Of a DNA stretch of 64,000 nt, positions 38,139 to 47,940 are shown piece after piece. The DNA is taken from positions 965,404 through 1,029,403 of the forward strand of contig OY970292.1 in the NCBI GenBank assembly GCA_963716145.1. The letters run 5' to 3'. How positions within the stretch are numbered: the first letter of the stretch is position 1; the number at the start of each line of letters is the position of its first letter. The DNA is from Candidatus Levyibacteriota bacterium (GTDB lineage Bacteria; Patescibacteriota; Microgenomatia; Levybacterales; UBA12049). The position numbers were made by a program, and so were the translations under genes. The notes under the pieces are model-generated. The model was given only the letters and a program-made list of their open reading frames with translations. It did not search any database and was not told the DNA's origin.

Positions 38139-41100
38139 ATGAAAAAATTTCTGCCCATATTTATAATTGTTTTCTTCGTTGGATTGTTTTTTACAAAAAC
38201 CCCGGTATTTGCTGCTGACCCTCCAGCTCAGCAGATGCAACAGGGAGCAACGGCACCCGATGGATCCTGGGTTTTGGATTCTGAAGTAACCTTTATAGGT
38301 AAAAATGCCGCAAGGTCCGGTAATCTGCTCGATTTTATATTAACAAATTATAATTGGGTTTGTGTTAAGCAGGCAGCAACTGGACAGTGCGACAACAGCG
38401 ATAATCCATTAAGAGGGGTATGGTTGACCACCGCTACATTTATAGTAGCCCCATTGCTCTTGATTGTCATACTTGCTGCCGCAATAGTAATAATGGTTAC
38501 GAGAGGCCGAAGTCTTACGATTACGCGTTTTCTTCCTCGGTTTATAATAGTGATTCTCTTAATTTTCATATCTTTTCCTATATTGCAGTATTTTTACCAA
38601 TTTATAGATAGCATTCAAGGGTTTTTCTTGAGACGGGAAATTATCCTTTTTGGTACGCCGTTTGGAGGCAACCCATGTCCACCTCAGTGTATTTCTCAAA
38701 AAGATCTGCTTTTTGTGGGCTGGGATTATGATAAATTTATTGGGCTTAGGCGAGTAGGCGATCTTTACTCAGAATCTGCATTCATCTCTCTTTTGCTCAC
38801 AAAATTAACAGCGCTTACTTATTATGTAATGGTTGGGATACTAATTCTTCGAAAAATTATTCTCTGGCTTTTTATAATTGTTTCTCCTATTTTTCCGCTT
38901 CTTTTGATGTTTTATCCAGTTCGCAATACCGGGAAGATTTGGATTGGGGAATTTTTTCGTTGGCTCTTGTACGGTCCGCTTTTCGCTATTTTTCTGAATG
39001 GGTTGGTGGCTTTATGGAGGAAGCAGATTCCCTTATCGTTTACCCCATTAGATCCCGCAGTTAAGGTAAACGAAACCATTCTTTATCCAACTGCTATAAA
39101 CATACTATTGGGAGGGCCCAGGCAATTCGTAACGCAGACTAACAGTGTCAACCTTACGGAAACATTTGCTTTATACGTAGTCTCATTACTCATGTTATGG
39201 GGGGTTATCATACTGCCATGGATACTTTTGCAGATATTTCTTGATTATGCTTCCAACTTAGGAGTTAGTGACAGTGCGGTTATGAAAAATCTGGTAAATA
39301 TGGTAAATAGGCAAAATTCTCCATCTCCCACGGGACATCCGCCTGCGACATCGGGATCTGCTCTTAGCTTGCCTTTTGCCAAAAAGTTCAGCATGCCTCT
39401 TCCTGCGGCTCCCGCTGGTATGGCAAAAGAGATACCTATTTCAACAGCAAAGATATCGCAAGCTACTTTTATGCCATCAGCTCAAGTTAAGGCACAGGTA
39501 TTAAGTCTGGCTAGTGTGCCTCTGCCTACAATGCGGGATATTGCCAAATACGATACATCTTTAATTTCAAATGATAATTCTACTCGAAATCAAGTCCAGG
39601 CACTTCAGAAGCATTTACAACAAATTGGAAATCCCGCATCTTCTACTTCAACTACAGAACGTGAAAGGTATACAGAAATACACGAAAAACTTAGTCAAGA
39701 GAGTAAAACTGGAAATACTCTGGCAACATCAATTCTGAATGCAGCGAGTACGGCTTCCAAACGGAGCAGTCAAGTAAGTAGCGCGCAAGTAAAAAATATT
39801 TTAACCCAAATTGCCAACCCTACAACCGCTTCAAGCTCAGTTGTAAACCGAGAGAAACTCTCTAAGATGAATCAGTCGCTTACAAAAGCGAAACAGGAGG
39901 GCAATACTCTTGCAACGGCGATTTTGTCTGTAAATGCAAAGACTCCGGAGTCGGAAGTTGTAAAACTGCAGGAAAAAATAAGAGAAGCCAGAGAAAAAGG
40001 CGAACCTGTTGGAGTTCAGCTGGCTCAACTTACTGAGAAAAAAGAAACAATCCCACTTGTTAATCGTGTTCAGACGGTAAGTAAGGAAGATTATGAAGCC
40101 GTAAAGCAAATGTGGAAAGAAAATTATAAAAATCTCGAAGTGCCGGAAGGTATGGCCGGAACCCGTGAAGAATGGGTTAAGGACGATGTCGCTAAAATAG
40201 ATAACATCATCGTTCAACTGGGCTCACACGACGAAGAACAGATGAATAAAGGCATGGAGGAGGTATCAAGCATTCTACCCTTCCTTTTAGTTGGAGGCTT
40301 TTCACAAACAGAAATTATATCTTATCTAAAAGCTAAGCAAGATGCAGCAAAAGAAGTAACTGCAGAATTGGCCCAGGAAGAGGATGATAAAGTTTCTGTA
40401 ACCGTAAAGAAGACTGCTACGGCTCAGCAAACAATGTCAGCTTCTGTTTCGGAAGATTCAGATGAGGAGTCAGATCTAACCAACTTATCCTCAAGACCAG
40501 CAAATATTATTAATCCCCAAGTGTCAAATGAAATCCTAGAGATGGTTAATCTTAAGCTTCCTAATATGCGTGATATTGCAAAATACGAAACAATGACGTT
40601 ATCAAAAGATAAATCTAAATCGTTAGAAGTCGAGAAAGTACAGGAGGTTCTCCGAAATATTGCTAACCCAACAGGTATAACTAATGCTTCTGATAAGGAG
40701 CGTTATGAAAAACTTAAAGAAAAAATGATTGAGGCAAGTCAACAAGGTAATGTTACCGCAGAGATCATTTTGGCGGCAGCAAATGGGGCAATACCTGTTA
40801 GTAGCACAGTAACTTCCGCTCAGACTAAGACAGTTCTTTCACAAATTGCCAATCCGTCTCTTGCCGCTTCATCAAAAGACAAGCAGCGATTTACTTCACT
40901 TCACGATCAGCTGACAAAAGCAAGTCAACAGGGAAATACTCTGGCAACGTCTCTTCTTTCCGTTAAAGAAACAGCAACCAAAGAGGAAGTGGAAAAGCTT
41001 AATGCTCAATTGGGAGAAGCAAAGGCAAAAGGTGAAAGTCTTGCTAGCTCAGTATTATCAAACATTGCACCTCCTATCTCTCTTCCTGTAACCAATCGTA

Positions 41101-42815
41101 TCCAAACGGTAAGCCAGGAGGATTATCAAGCGGTAAAAGAGATGTGGAAAGAAAATTACCAGAATCTTGAAATCCCCGCTGGTCTGGCAAGCACAAGACC
41201 TGAGTGGATTAACAACGATATTTCAAAGATTGATAGTATCATTACTCAATTGTCATCAACTGATCAGGAACAGGTAGCAAAAGGCATGGAGGAGGTATCA
41301 AGCATTCTACCCTTCCTTTTAGTTGGAGGCTTTTCACAAACAGAAATCACCGCTTATCTAAAAGCAAAACAAGACGCAGCAAGGGAAATACTTACAGTAA
41401 TCTCACAGGAAGAAGATACAAAGATAACGGTTGATAGAAGGCAAACAAACATCAAGCAAACAATGAGAGCAGCTATTCCCCAAGCAGCAGACGAGGAGGC
41501 TATGAGTTTAGCCGGTCCAACAAAAAATATAGTTATTCCGCAAATTTCAGAAAAGACATTAACAATGGCCAATCTTCAGCTTCCCAAGTTGACAGATATT
41601 GTCAAATATGAAGTAAGGAGTTTGACAAAAGACAAAAAAGAGTCAGAACGTATCGAGAAAATGCAATCAGTGCTTGTAAAGATTGGTAATCCGGCAAGTA
41701 TTACAACTCCGCAGGAGCGTGCGCAATATGAAAATCTCCGCCAAAAACTTGGGGAAGAAAGCTTAAAAGGTAATACTACAGCAGATATGATTCTGTCAGC
41801 AGTTTCTAACTTAGAAGGAGCTGTTTCTGAAATTAATGCAACACTGGTAGACATAAGTACAGTACTTCAGCAAATCGCAAATCCCCAGAGCGTTGCATAT
41901 GCAGATGACCGTGATTATTACACACGTTTGCATCAATATCTAGAAAAAGAAAGTAAAGAGAAAAATAACGTACTCGCTGAAAAGATTTTGAGCGTCAATA
42001 AGACAACCAAGACCTCAGACATACAGGATATTAAACAACAATTAATACTTACGAAAGATGGGACAGTATCTCTTCTTCCGCAATTGACGACAGTTATAAA
42101 TGACTTTTCTACTACTAAAAAGTTGAGATCAGTAATAAATCAAATCTTATCACCTGAACCTGTGGGGGGTAAGCCTGCTAGCGCTACAGTTATAAAAATT
42201 CGAAAGTCAATAGATGAGGCAAATAAAAAAGGTGACATTCTTGCAGCATCAATATTGTCGGTTAATGATAAAACATCCGATACAGCCATAAAGCAAATTC
42301 ACGAAAAGCTTACTGAAGCAGGCAAAAAGGGCGATCCCGCTGCACAGGCAATTATTTCGCAAGTCTCTGGACCCTTTGCTTCGTCAAGCGCAAACCGTAT
42401 ACAAGAGGTTACACCGGAAGAGTACGAAGAAGCAAAGGAATTATGGAAAAAAGCCTACCTACAGTATTTTGTCCCTCCTGGTTTTACAGAGGATATTAAG
42501 GGAAGAATTGATTGGATAAGCAAAGACAGTAAGGATATTGAAGAGACAATTGGTCTTTTGCAGTCAACTGACGAGGAAAAGAAAGATACAGGAATCAAAA
42601 AAGTTTCAAGCATTTTGCCATTTTTGCTTCTGGGAGGTTTTTCCTATGATGAGATGATTGAGTATCTTCAAACTAAGCTGGAAGCAGGAAAAGAAGCGTT
42701 AGCTAGTATTAATGATGAAGAGGATAAATCAATTGAAATAAATGTTAAAAAGGAGGAAAAACCTCAAGAAATGCAAGCAAGCGAAGAGATAGAAGGTACA
42801 GATAAGAAAAATTAA
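38139..42815 (+). CDS. Giant membrane protein: VirB6/TrbL-like N-terminal TM domain + three tandem cytoplasmic repeat units
   Basis: Signal peptide and about six TM helices including LILRKIILWLFIIVSP...W.GEF.RW...P; then three units each ending in NR.Q.V..EDY...K..WK..Y....SSILPFLL.GGFS. Confidence 0.75.
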   Translation: MKKFLPIFIIVFFVGLFFTKTPVFAADPPAQQMQQGATAPDGSWVLDSEVTFIGKNAARSGNLLDFILTNYNWVCVKQAATGQCDNSDNPLRGVWLTTATFIVAPLLLIVILAAAIVIMVTRGRSLTITRFLPRFIIVILLIFISFPILQYFYQFIDSIQGFFLRREIILFGTPFGGNPCPPQCISQKDLLFVGWDYDKFIGLRRVGDLYSESAFISLLLTKLTALTYYVMVGILILRKIILWLFIIVSPIFPLLLMFYPVRNTGKIWIGEFFRWLLYGPLFAIFLNGLVALWRKQIPLSFTPLDPAVKVNETILYPTAINILLGGPRQFVTQTNSVNLTETFALYVVSLLMLWGVIILPWILLQIFLDYASNLGVSDSAVMKNLVNMVNRQNSPSPTGHPPATSGSALSLPFAKKFSMPLPAAPAGMAKEIPISTAKISQATFMPSAQVKAQVLSLASVPLPTMRDIAKYDTSLISNDNSTRNQVQALQKHLQQIGNPASSTSTTERERYTEIHEKLSQESKTGNTLATSILNAASTASKRSSQVSSAQVKNILTQIANPTTASSSVVNREKLSKMNQSLTKAKQEGNTLATAILSVNAKTPESEVVKLQEKIREAREKGEPVGVQLAQLTEKKETIPLVNRVQTVSKEDYEAVKQMWKENYKNLEVPEGMAGTREEWVKDDVAKIDNIIVQLGSHDEEQMNKGMEEVSSILPFLLVGGFSQTEIISYLKAKQDAAKEVTAELAQEEDDKVSVTVKKTATAQQTMSASVSEDSDEESDLTNLSSRPANIINPQVSNEILEMVNLKLPNMRDIAKYETMTLSKDKSKSLEVEKVQEVLRNIANPTGITNASDKERYEKLKEKMIEASQQGNVTAEIILAAANGAIPVSSTVTSAQTKTVLSQIANPSLAASSKDKQRFTSLHDQLTKASQQGNTLATSLLSVKETATKEEVEKLNAQLGEAKAKGESLASSVLSNIAPPISLPVTNRIQTVSQEDYQAVKEMWKENYQNLEIPAGLASTRPEWINNDISKIDSIITQLSSTDQEQVAKGMEEVSSILPFLLVGGFSQTEITAYLKAKQDAAREILTVISQEEDTKITVDRRQTNIKQTMRAAIPQAADEEAMSLAGPTKNIVIPQISEKTLTMANLQLPKLTDIVKYEVRSLTKDKKESERIEKMQSVLVKIGNPASITTPQERAQYENLRQKLGEESLKGNTTADMILSAVSNLEGAVSEINATLVDISTVLQQIANPQSVAYADDRDYYTRLHQYLEKESKEKNNVLAEKILSVNKTTKTSDIQDIKQQLILTKDGTVSLLPQLTTVINDFSTTKKLRSVINQILSPEPVGGKPASATVIKIRKSIDEANKKGDILAASILSVNDKTSDTAIKQIHEKLTEAGKKGDPAAQAIISQVSGPFASSSANRIQEVTPEEYEEAKELWKKAYLQYFVPPGFTEDIKGRIDWISKDSKDIEETIGLLQSTDEEKKDTGIKKVSSILPFLLLGGFSYDEMIEYLQTKLEAGKEALASINDEEDKSIEINVKKEEKPQEMQASEEIEGTDKKN
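40248..40315 (+). repeat. 68-bp exact direct repeat, copy 1
   Basis: AAAGGCATGGAGGAGGTATCAAGCATTCTACCCTTCCTTTTAGTTGGAGGCTTTTCACAAACAGAAAT, identical to 41280-41347. Confidence 0.9.
41280..41347 (+). repeat. 68-bp exact direct repeat, copy 2
   Basis: Identical to 40248-40315. Confidence 0.9.
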
Positions 42816-42869
42816 ATTACTTGTTATTTTACGGTAATTAGTATTTAATATAATAGAAGAAAGGATACT

Positions 42870-45800
42870 ATGTTTGGAACATTTTTTAATCAAAAAAAAC
42901 CTGGGGATACTGATTCTAATCAGCAGAATCCTCAAAATACACCTGACCAAACCAATCAATCTTTAGCTCCAAGTAGTCAAACTCCCTCGGGGCAAATTCA
43001 GCAAGCGCAAGATCCGGTAGCGCCTGGACCTATCAGCCCAAACATCTCACAGGATACGTCTTCTCAAGATGTTCAGCAGCAGCCAAATATAAATACTCCT
43101 ATTAAAGATCCAACCGGCAATTTATCACAAAGAGCTGATACTCAAGCATTATCGCACCTTGATCCAAGAGCTGGGCAAGTCCTCACTCACGCGCAAGAAG
43201 AAACAAGACGTATAAAGCAGCAATTTATAGAACCCGCTCAAATCCTTTTTGGCCTATTGTATGATGAGCAGATTTACAAATTATTGGAGGAGTCTCAAGT
43301 TGATGGCGGTGCGTTATCCAAAGAAATTCAGTCAAAAGAAATAATGGGTGTTTTTAGAGGTCAACCAGCTTTAAGTAAGAATGCGCAGGCAGTATTTGAC
43401 CAGGCGTATAAAGACTCAAAAATGCGCGCATCCAACTTTATCTCCGCTGAAGACTTATTGATTGCTTTATTTACTCCTGACTTTGGGGTTTCACAGTCTT
43501 TGGAATCACGAGGGCTTAAAAAAGAGGCCTTAATTGAAAGAATTGCCAAAAATCCTAATTCAAACTACAGCAAAAAAACAATTCTTGAAAGCTACGGAAT
43601 TGATCTCAACGAAGAAGCCAGATCCGGAAAACTTGATCCCATTGCGGGTCGGGATTTGGAAATTGACAGGATGGTTCACATTCTTCTCCGAAGGACTAAA
43701 AACAATCCGATTATTATCGGTGAAACAGGAGTTGGGAAAACAGCAATAGTTGAGGGATTGGCACAGAAAATTGTTGCAGGACAAGTGCCCAAAGATTTAC
43801 AGGACAAAAGAGTTTTTCAGCTTGATGTTGCTTCGCTGGTTGCGGGTGCATCGCACAGGGGAGAATTTGAGGAGCGTCTCCGGGGAGTAATTAATGAAGT
43901 TTTGGGATCAGGAAACAAAATAATTCTTTTTATTGATGAGATTCACGCGCTTTTGGGGACAGGAGACGGAGAAGGGATGAATGCTGCAAATATCATAAAA
44001 CCCCACTTGGCCCGTGGCCATTTGCAGCTGATTGGTGCTACAACCACTATTGAATACAGAAAGAATTTTGAAAAAGATAAAGCATTTGAGAGGCGCTTTC
44101 AGCCTGTAACTGCTGAAGAGCCTTCGGAGGAAAATGCTTTTGAAATGCTCAAAGTCATCCGCCCAAAATATGAGAAGTTCCATAGAGTTACTATTTCTGA
44201 CGACACTCTTATGGAATGTGTCAAACTCTCCAAAAAATATATAGGAGAGCGTTATCTACCTGACAAGGCAGTTGATTTATTGGATGAGGCAGGATCAGAA
44301 GTAAAATTACAAGCGGACGAAGGCAAAAGAGCTGATGCTCAAGTTAAAAAGGCTGATATTGAAAACGTAGTAAGTGGATGGACTGGAATACCTATTACTA
44401 AATTGACAGAGGATGAGTCCGAAAAGCTCTTAAAGCTTGAAGACAGGATCCATCACAGGCTTATTGACCAGATGGAGGCAGTAGTTGCTGTTTCTGAAGC
44501 GGTAAGGCGGGGAAGGATCGGTTTGGCCGCTGCCAATAGGCCGATTGCTTCGTTTGTATTCTTAGGTCCAACAGGAGTTGGAAAAACGGAACTTGCCAAA
44601 ACACTTGCCGAGCTTTTGTTTGGCCGTGATGACGCCATGGCAAGACTTGATATGTCAGAGTATATGGAGAAGCACGAAGTTGCAAAGCTTATAGGTGCAC
44701 CTCCGGGCTATGTTGGTTATGAAGAAGGTGGTCAATTGACAGAAGCAGTTCGAAAGAAACCTTATTCAATTGTACTTCTGGATGAAATAGAAAAAGCACA
44801 CCCTGACGTATTTAACATTCTGCTTCAATTACTTGAAGATGGAAGATTGACTGACAATAAGGGAAATACAATTTCATTCAAAAACACTATTGTAATTTGT
44901 ACATCCAATATCGGAAGTTCTCTCATTCAGGAAAAATTGGCAGAAGATGACCCGCAGCACAAAAAAACACCTGATGAGCAGGCAAAAACATTCAAAGAAC
45001 TGACAGAGGTTGTTAAAGGAGAGCTTATTAAATTTTTTAGGCCAGAACTTCTTAACCGTTTTGATGAGGTTGTAGTATTCAAGCCGCTCGCTCAGGAACA
45101 TATGGCAGGAATTGCAAGATTGGGAATCAAAAAGACAGCAGGCCTTCTTAAAGAGCAGGGCTTTACACTTCAAATTACAGAAAAAGCTATCGCAAAGTTG
45201 GCAAAAGACGGATATGACCCGGTTTATGGCGCAAGGCCTCTACGTCGTTTAATTCAAACAGCGATTGAAAATCCAATAGCCCTTGAGATAATTTCCAAAA
45301 AATTTGAAGCAGGAGATACGATCGTTGTTGATTATAATGATGCAAGTAATGAGTTTACATTCACCAAAGGCCAAAGTGATGTAAATACAGCAGATAGCTT
45401 GAAAAAAATACTGCTTGATATAAATAATGCATCAGGCCTTACTGATCCAGCAAAAAAAGATCAATACACTAGGCTCCACGACAGCATCACTCAGGCTAGT
45501 GCTCAGGGAAATGTGTGGGCTGGTGCAATACTTGTTGTAAATAAGGATAGTAAGAATGAAGAAATTGAAAAAATTGCAAAAGAGTTAAAAGCAGCTCGGG
45601 ACAAAGGTGATCAGCTTGCTCAGGATATAGTGGCACTCTTAAATACAGAAACAGTTAAGGAGGCTGAAATGGAACATGAGAAAGAGCCGGTAACCCAGTT
45701 TAAAAAAATGCTTCAACAAATAATTAATCCTTTGTATTCGGCAACACCAGGTAACAAGGATAGATTTAGTCAATTGTATGAAAAACTTACAGCGGCAAGT

Positions 45801-46553
45801 CAACAAAACAACTCAATTGCCGCCTCAATTCTTGCAATTACAGAACAAGCCCCAGATTCAGATATTCAGCAGTTAAAAACTCAACTTGAAACTGCTAAGG
45901 GTCAAGGTGATCAGTTGGCAATTGATATTCTTTCAACAATAGAAGCTGGTACCAAAACCGAAGCAGTAGCAAGGCTTAAAGAAGTATTGCTTTCCATAGT
46001 TAATCCTATTACTGTTCAGATTCCACTTGAAAAAGAAAAATATGTGGCACTTGCCAAGAAAATTTCCGAAGCGTCTCAAGCTGGGAATGCTTTAGCAAAT
46101 TCGATACTTTCTGTAAACGATGCGACTACTGATGACTCACTTATACAGCTTAAGACTCAATTAGAAACTGCAAAGGATAGTCATGATGAGGTGGCTAGTG
46201 CAGTTTGGGAGATGGTATCCGGGACGGGACTGATTGCAAGCGCTGAACAGCAAGTCTCAGAGCAAAATCCCGCTAAAACATACCCATTTGGTATGGGGCA
46301 GCAGCCTGTTAATAACCCATTGACCCCAGATCCATCTCAGGGAGCGGTCTTGCAGCAGGGGGCGGTTCTTCAAGCACCAATTGCCCAACCAGCTTTTGGT
46401 CAATCAAGTGGCGGGCCGACTACTTTCCAGCCCCCTACAGCTGATCCCCAAAGCGGCATGAGTCCGGGAATGAGTACGTTAAATGAAATTTTGGAAAAAG
46501 ATACAGATTTGGTAAGTAATCCTGTTGAATCAGACGGTCAGGATATAACTTAA
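42870..46553 (+). CDS. Clp/Hsp100 AAA+ ATPase (Clp-N + two AAA domains) with a three-repeat C-terminal extension
   Basis: [48 protein letters not shown]; Q/P-rich termini; C-terminal repeats similar to those of 38139-42815. Confidence 0.92.
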   Translation: MFGTFFNQKKPGDTDSNQQNPQNTPDQTNQSLAPSSQTPSGQIQQAQDPVAPGPISPNISQDTSSQDVQQQPNINTPIKDPTGNLSQRADTQALSHLDPRAGQVLTHAQEETRRIKQQFIEPAQILFGLLYDEQIYKLLEESQVDGGALSKEIQSKEIMGVFRGQPALSKNAQAVFDQAYKDSKMRASNFISAEDLLIALFTPDFGVSQSLESRGLKKEALIERIAKNPNSNYSKKTILESYGIDLNEEARSGKLDPIAGRDLEIDRMVHILLRRTKNNPIIIGETGVGKTAIVEGLAQKIVAGQVPKDLQDKRVFQLDVASLVAGASHRGEFEERLRGVINEVLGSGNKIILFIDEIHALLGTGDGEGMNAANIIKPHLARGHLQLIGATTTIEYRKNFEKDKAFERRFQPVTAEEPSEENAFEMLKVIRPKYEKFHRVTISDDTLMECVKLSKKYIGERYLPDKAVDLLDEAGSEVKLQADEGKRADAQVKKADIENVVSGWTGIPITKLTEDESEKLLKLEDRIHHRLIDQMEAVVAVSEAVRRGRIGLAAANRPIASFVFLGPTGVGKTELAKTLAELLFGRDDAMARLDMSEYMEKHEVAKLIGAPPGYVGYEEGGQLTEAVRKKPYSIVLLDEIEKAHPDVFNILLQLLEDGRLTDNKGNTISFKNTIVICTSNIGSSLIQEKLAEDDPQHKKTPDEQAKTFKELTEVVKGELIKFFRPELLNRFDEVVVFKPLAQEHMAGIARLGIKKTAGLLKEQGFTLQITEKAIAKLAKDGYDPVYGARPLRRLIQTAIENPIALEIISKKFEAGDTIVVDYNDASNEFTFTKGQSDVNTADSLKKILLDINNASGLTDPAKKDQYTRLHDSITQASAQGNVWAGAILVVNKDSKNEEIEKIAKELKAARDKGDQLAQDIVALLNTETVKEAEMEHEKEPVTQFKKMLQQIINPLYSATPGNKDRFSQLYEKLTAASQQNNSIAASILAITEQAPDSDIQQLKTQLETAKGQGDQLAIDILSTIEAGTKTEAVARLKEVLLSIVNPITVQIPLEKEKYVALAKKISEASQAGNALANSILSVNDATTDDSLIQLKTQLETAKDSHDEVASAVWEMVSGTGLIASAEQQVSEQNPAKTYPFGMGQQPVNNPLTPDPSQGAVLQQGAVLQAPIAQPAFGQSSGGPTTFQPPTADPQSGMSPGMSTLNEILEKDTDLVSNPVESDGQDIT

Positions 46554-46555
46554 GA

Positions 46556-47287
46556 ATGAAATTAGGATTGTTTACCCAACTTATTCTTGCATTCATAATT
46601 CTCCTTCTAATCTCTTTCTTGTTACCAGTAGTACACATAGCAAATATTGAGGCACTTCTTGCGTCATCAACATTTTTATTTGGGGTTCTTTATGGTTTTG
46701 AAATATCAATAGTTCTGGATAATTTTTCTAAACTCAAGGCACTCCTGGCGGTAGAAAATGCAGGTGTATTGTCCATTTATCATTTAAGTAAAATTATCGG
46801 TGGTAGTTTTTCTGAAGATATAGAAAAAAGAATAGAGGTATATCTTAAAAAAGCTATAGATATTCCTCTAGATAGGCATTTGCAGGAAACAAATAAAGAA
46901 TTCTTTGCAATATTTGAACCACTACAGAACGCAAAAGTAAATGGAGATGAAAAAATATCCGCATTAGGCTGTATTAATCAAGGATTATATTATATTCCGC
47001 AGTCAAGAGCCCAAATTGCCCAGGTTGCTCCGAGAGACGTTGATCGGCCCGAATGGTCGATGCTTCTAATGCTCGCATTTATTATTATAGGAACCTTGCT
47101 CCTATCTAGGGAAGCAAGTATAATTTCCCAAGTAGCATCAGCAATTTTCGGTACCACTTTAATAGGGGCATTATTATTGCTTGAAGAGGCTGATAGCAAT
47201 CATTTGCAGGAAGCACGTCTCGAGTATGAAGTCTTCAACGAGACTTTAGAGGCAATGGGTAAACCCCGATATTATCCAAAAATGTGA
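46556..47287 (+). CDS. Membrane protein (DUF4239/bestrophin-like architecture)
   Basis: Two N-terminal TMs, helical soluble region, two C-terminal TMs; family assignment tentative. Confidence 0.6.
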   Translation: MKLGLFTQLILAFIILLLISFLLPVVHIANIEALLASSTFLFGVLYGFEISIVLDNFSKLKALLAVENAGVLSIYHLSKIIGGSFSEDIEKRIEVYLKKAIDIPLDRHLQETNKEFFAIFEPLQNAKVNGDEKISALGCINQGLYYIPQSRAQIAQVAPRDVDRPEWSMLLMLAFIIIGTLLLSREASIISQVASAIFGTTLIGALLLLEEADSNHLQEARLEYEVFNETLEAMGKPRYYPKM

Positions 47288-47457
47288 TTTAAGTCTGAGG
47301 ATTAGATTGTAAGCCCAATACTTTTTCTATCTTGAAAAGCTCTATAAAAGCCTTTATACTGTGCAAGAATTGGATTCTTAATAAACCTATGCTATTCTTT
47401 TTAGAAATACAGTATTTGGGTTTAGTCCAAGTAAACCTTGGGGAAAGGAGGTGACAT

Positions 47458-47919
47458 ATGAACAGAAATATTTTAATAGCAATTGTAGTAATTTTGGTTA
47501 TTGGTGGTGTTGTTATGGTTCAAAATAGTTCTAAAACACAAACAACCAATCCCGGTGCTCAGACTCAAACTCCGTCTGAAAAAGATGATTCAAAAATGGA
47601 TAAATCAGAAACAGAGCCATCCGCTAGTGCGATGGAGGATGATGAGAAGAACGCAAATGAGATTACATTGACAAGTAGTGGATTTTCACCAGCAACTATC
47701 ACCATTAAAGCAGGAGAGAAAGTTGTATGGAAGAATGAAAGCGGAGGTCCAGCCACTGTTGATTCTGCACAGCATCCCACTCATCTGGTTTATCCAAAGT
47801 TAAATTTGGGTAGATTTGAAGATGGAGAAGAGCTAAGTTTGGTTTTTGATGAACCTGGCAAATATAACTATCACGACCACCTTAATGCATCAAGATTTGG
47901 AACAGTGGTTGTTGAGTAA
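47458..47919 (+). CDS. Membrane-anchored cupredoxin-fold protein lacking the type-1 copper Cys
   Basis: GFSPATITIKAGEKVVWKN, HPTH, F.EPG.YNYHDHLN...GTVVVE; strong SD. Confidence 0.8.
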   Translation: MNRNILIAIVVILVIGGVVMVQNSSKTQTTNPGAQTQTPSEKDDSKMDKSETEPSASAMEDDEKNANEITLTSSGFSPATITIKAGEKVVWKNESGGPATVDSAQHPTHLVYPKLNLGRFEDGEELSLVFDEPGKYNYHDHLNASRFGTVVVE

Positions 47920-47940
47920 AAAGCGTGCTAAAATATCTGC

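Noticed and set aside
40248-41347. Diversity-generating retroelement TR/VR pair or attachment sites
   Set aside because: Copies are identical (no adenine-specific mismatches), lie within in-frame protein repeats, and no reverse transcriptase or integrase is present.
46338-46373. [12 protein letters not shown] 18-bp tandem duplication in the Clp tail
   Set aside because: Simple slippage duplication in a disordered region; no independent significance.
47288-47457. Structured RNA or metal riboswitch upstream of the cupredoxin gene
   Set aside because: Only short alternative hairpins; no recognisable riboswitch consensus.
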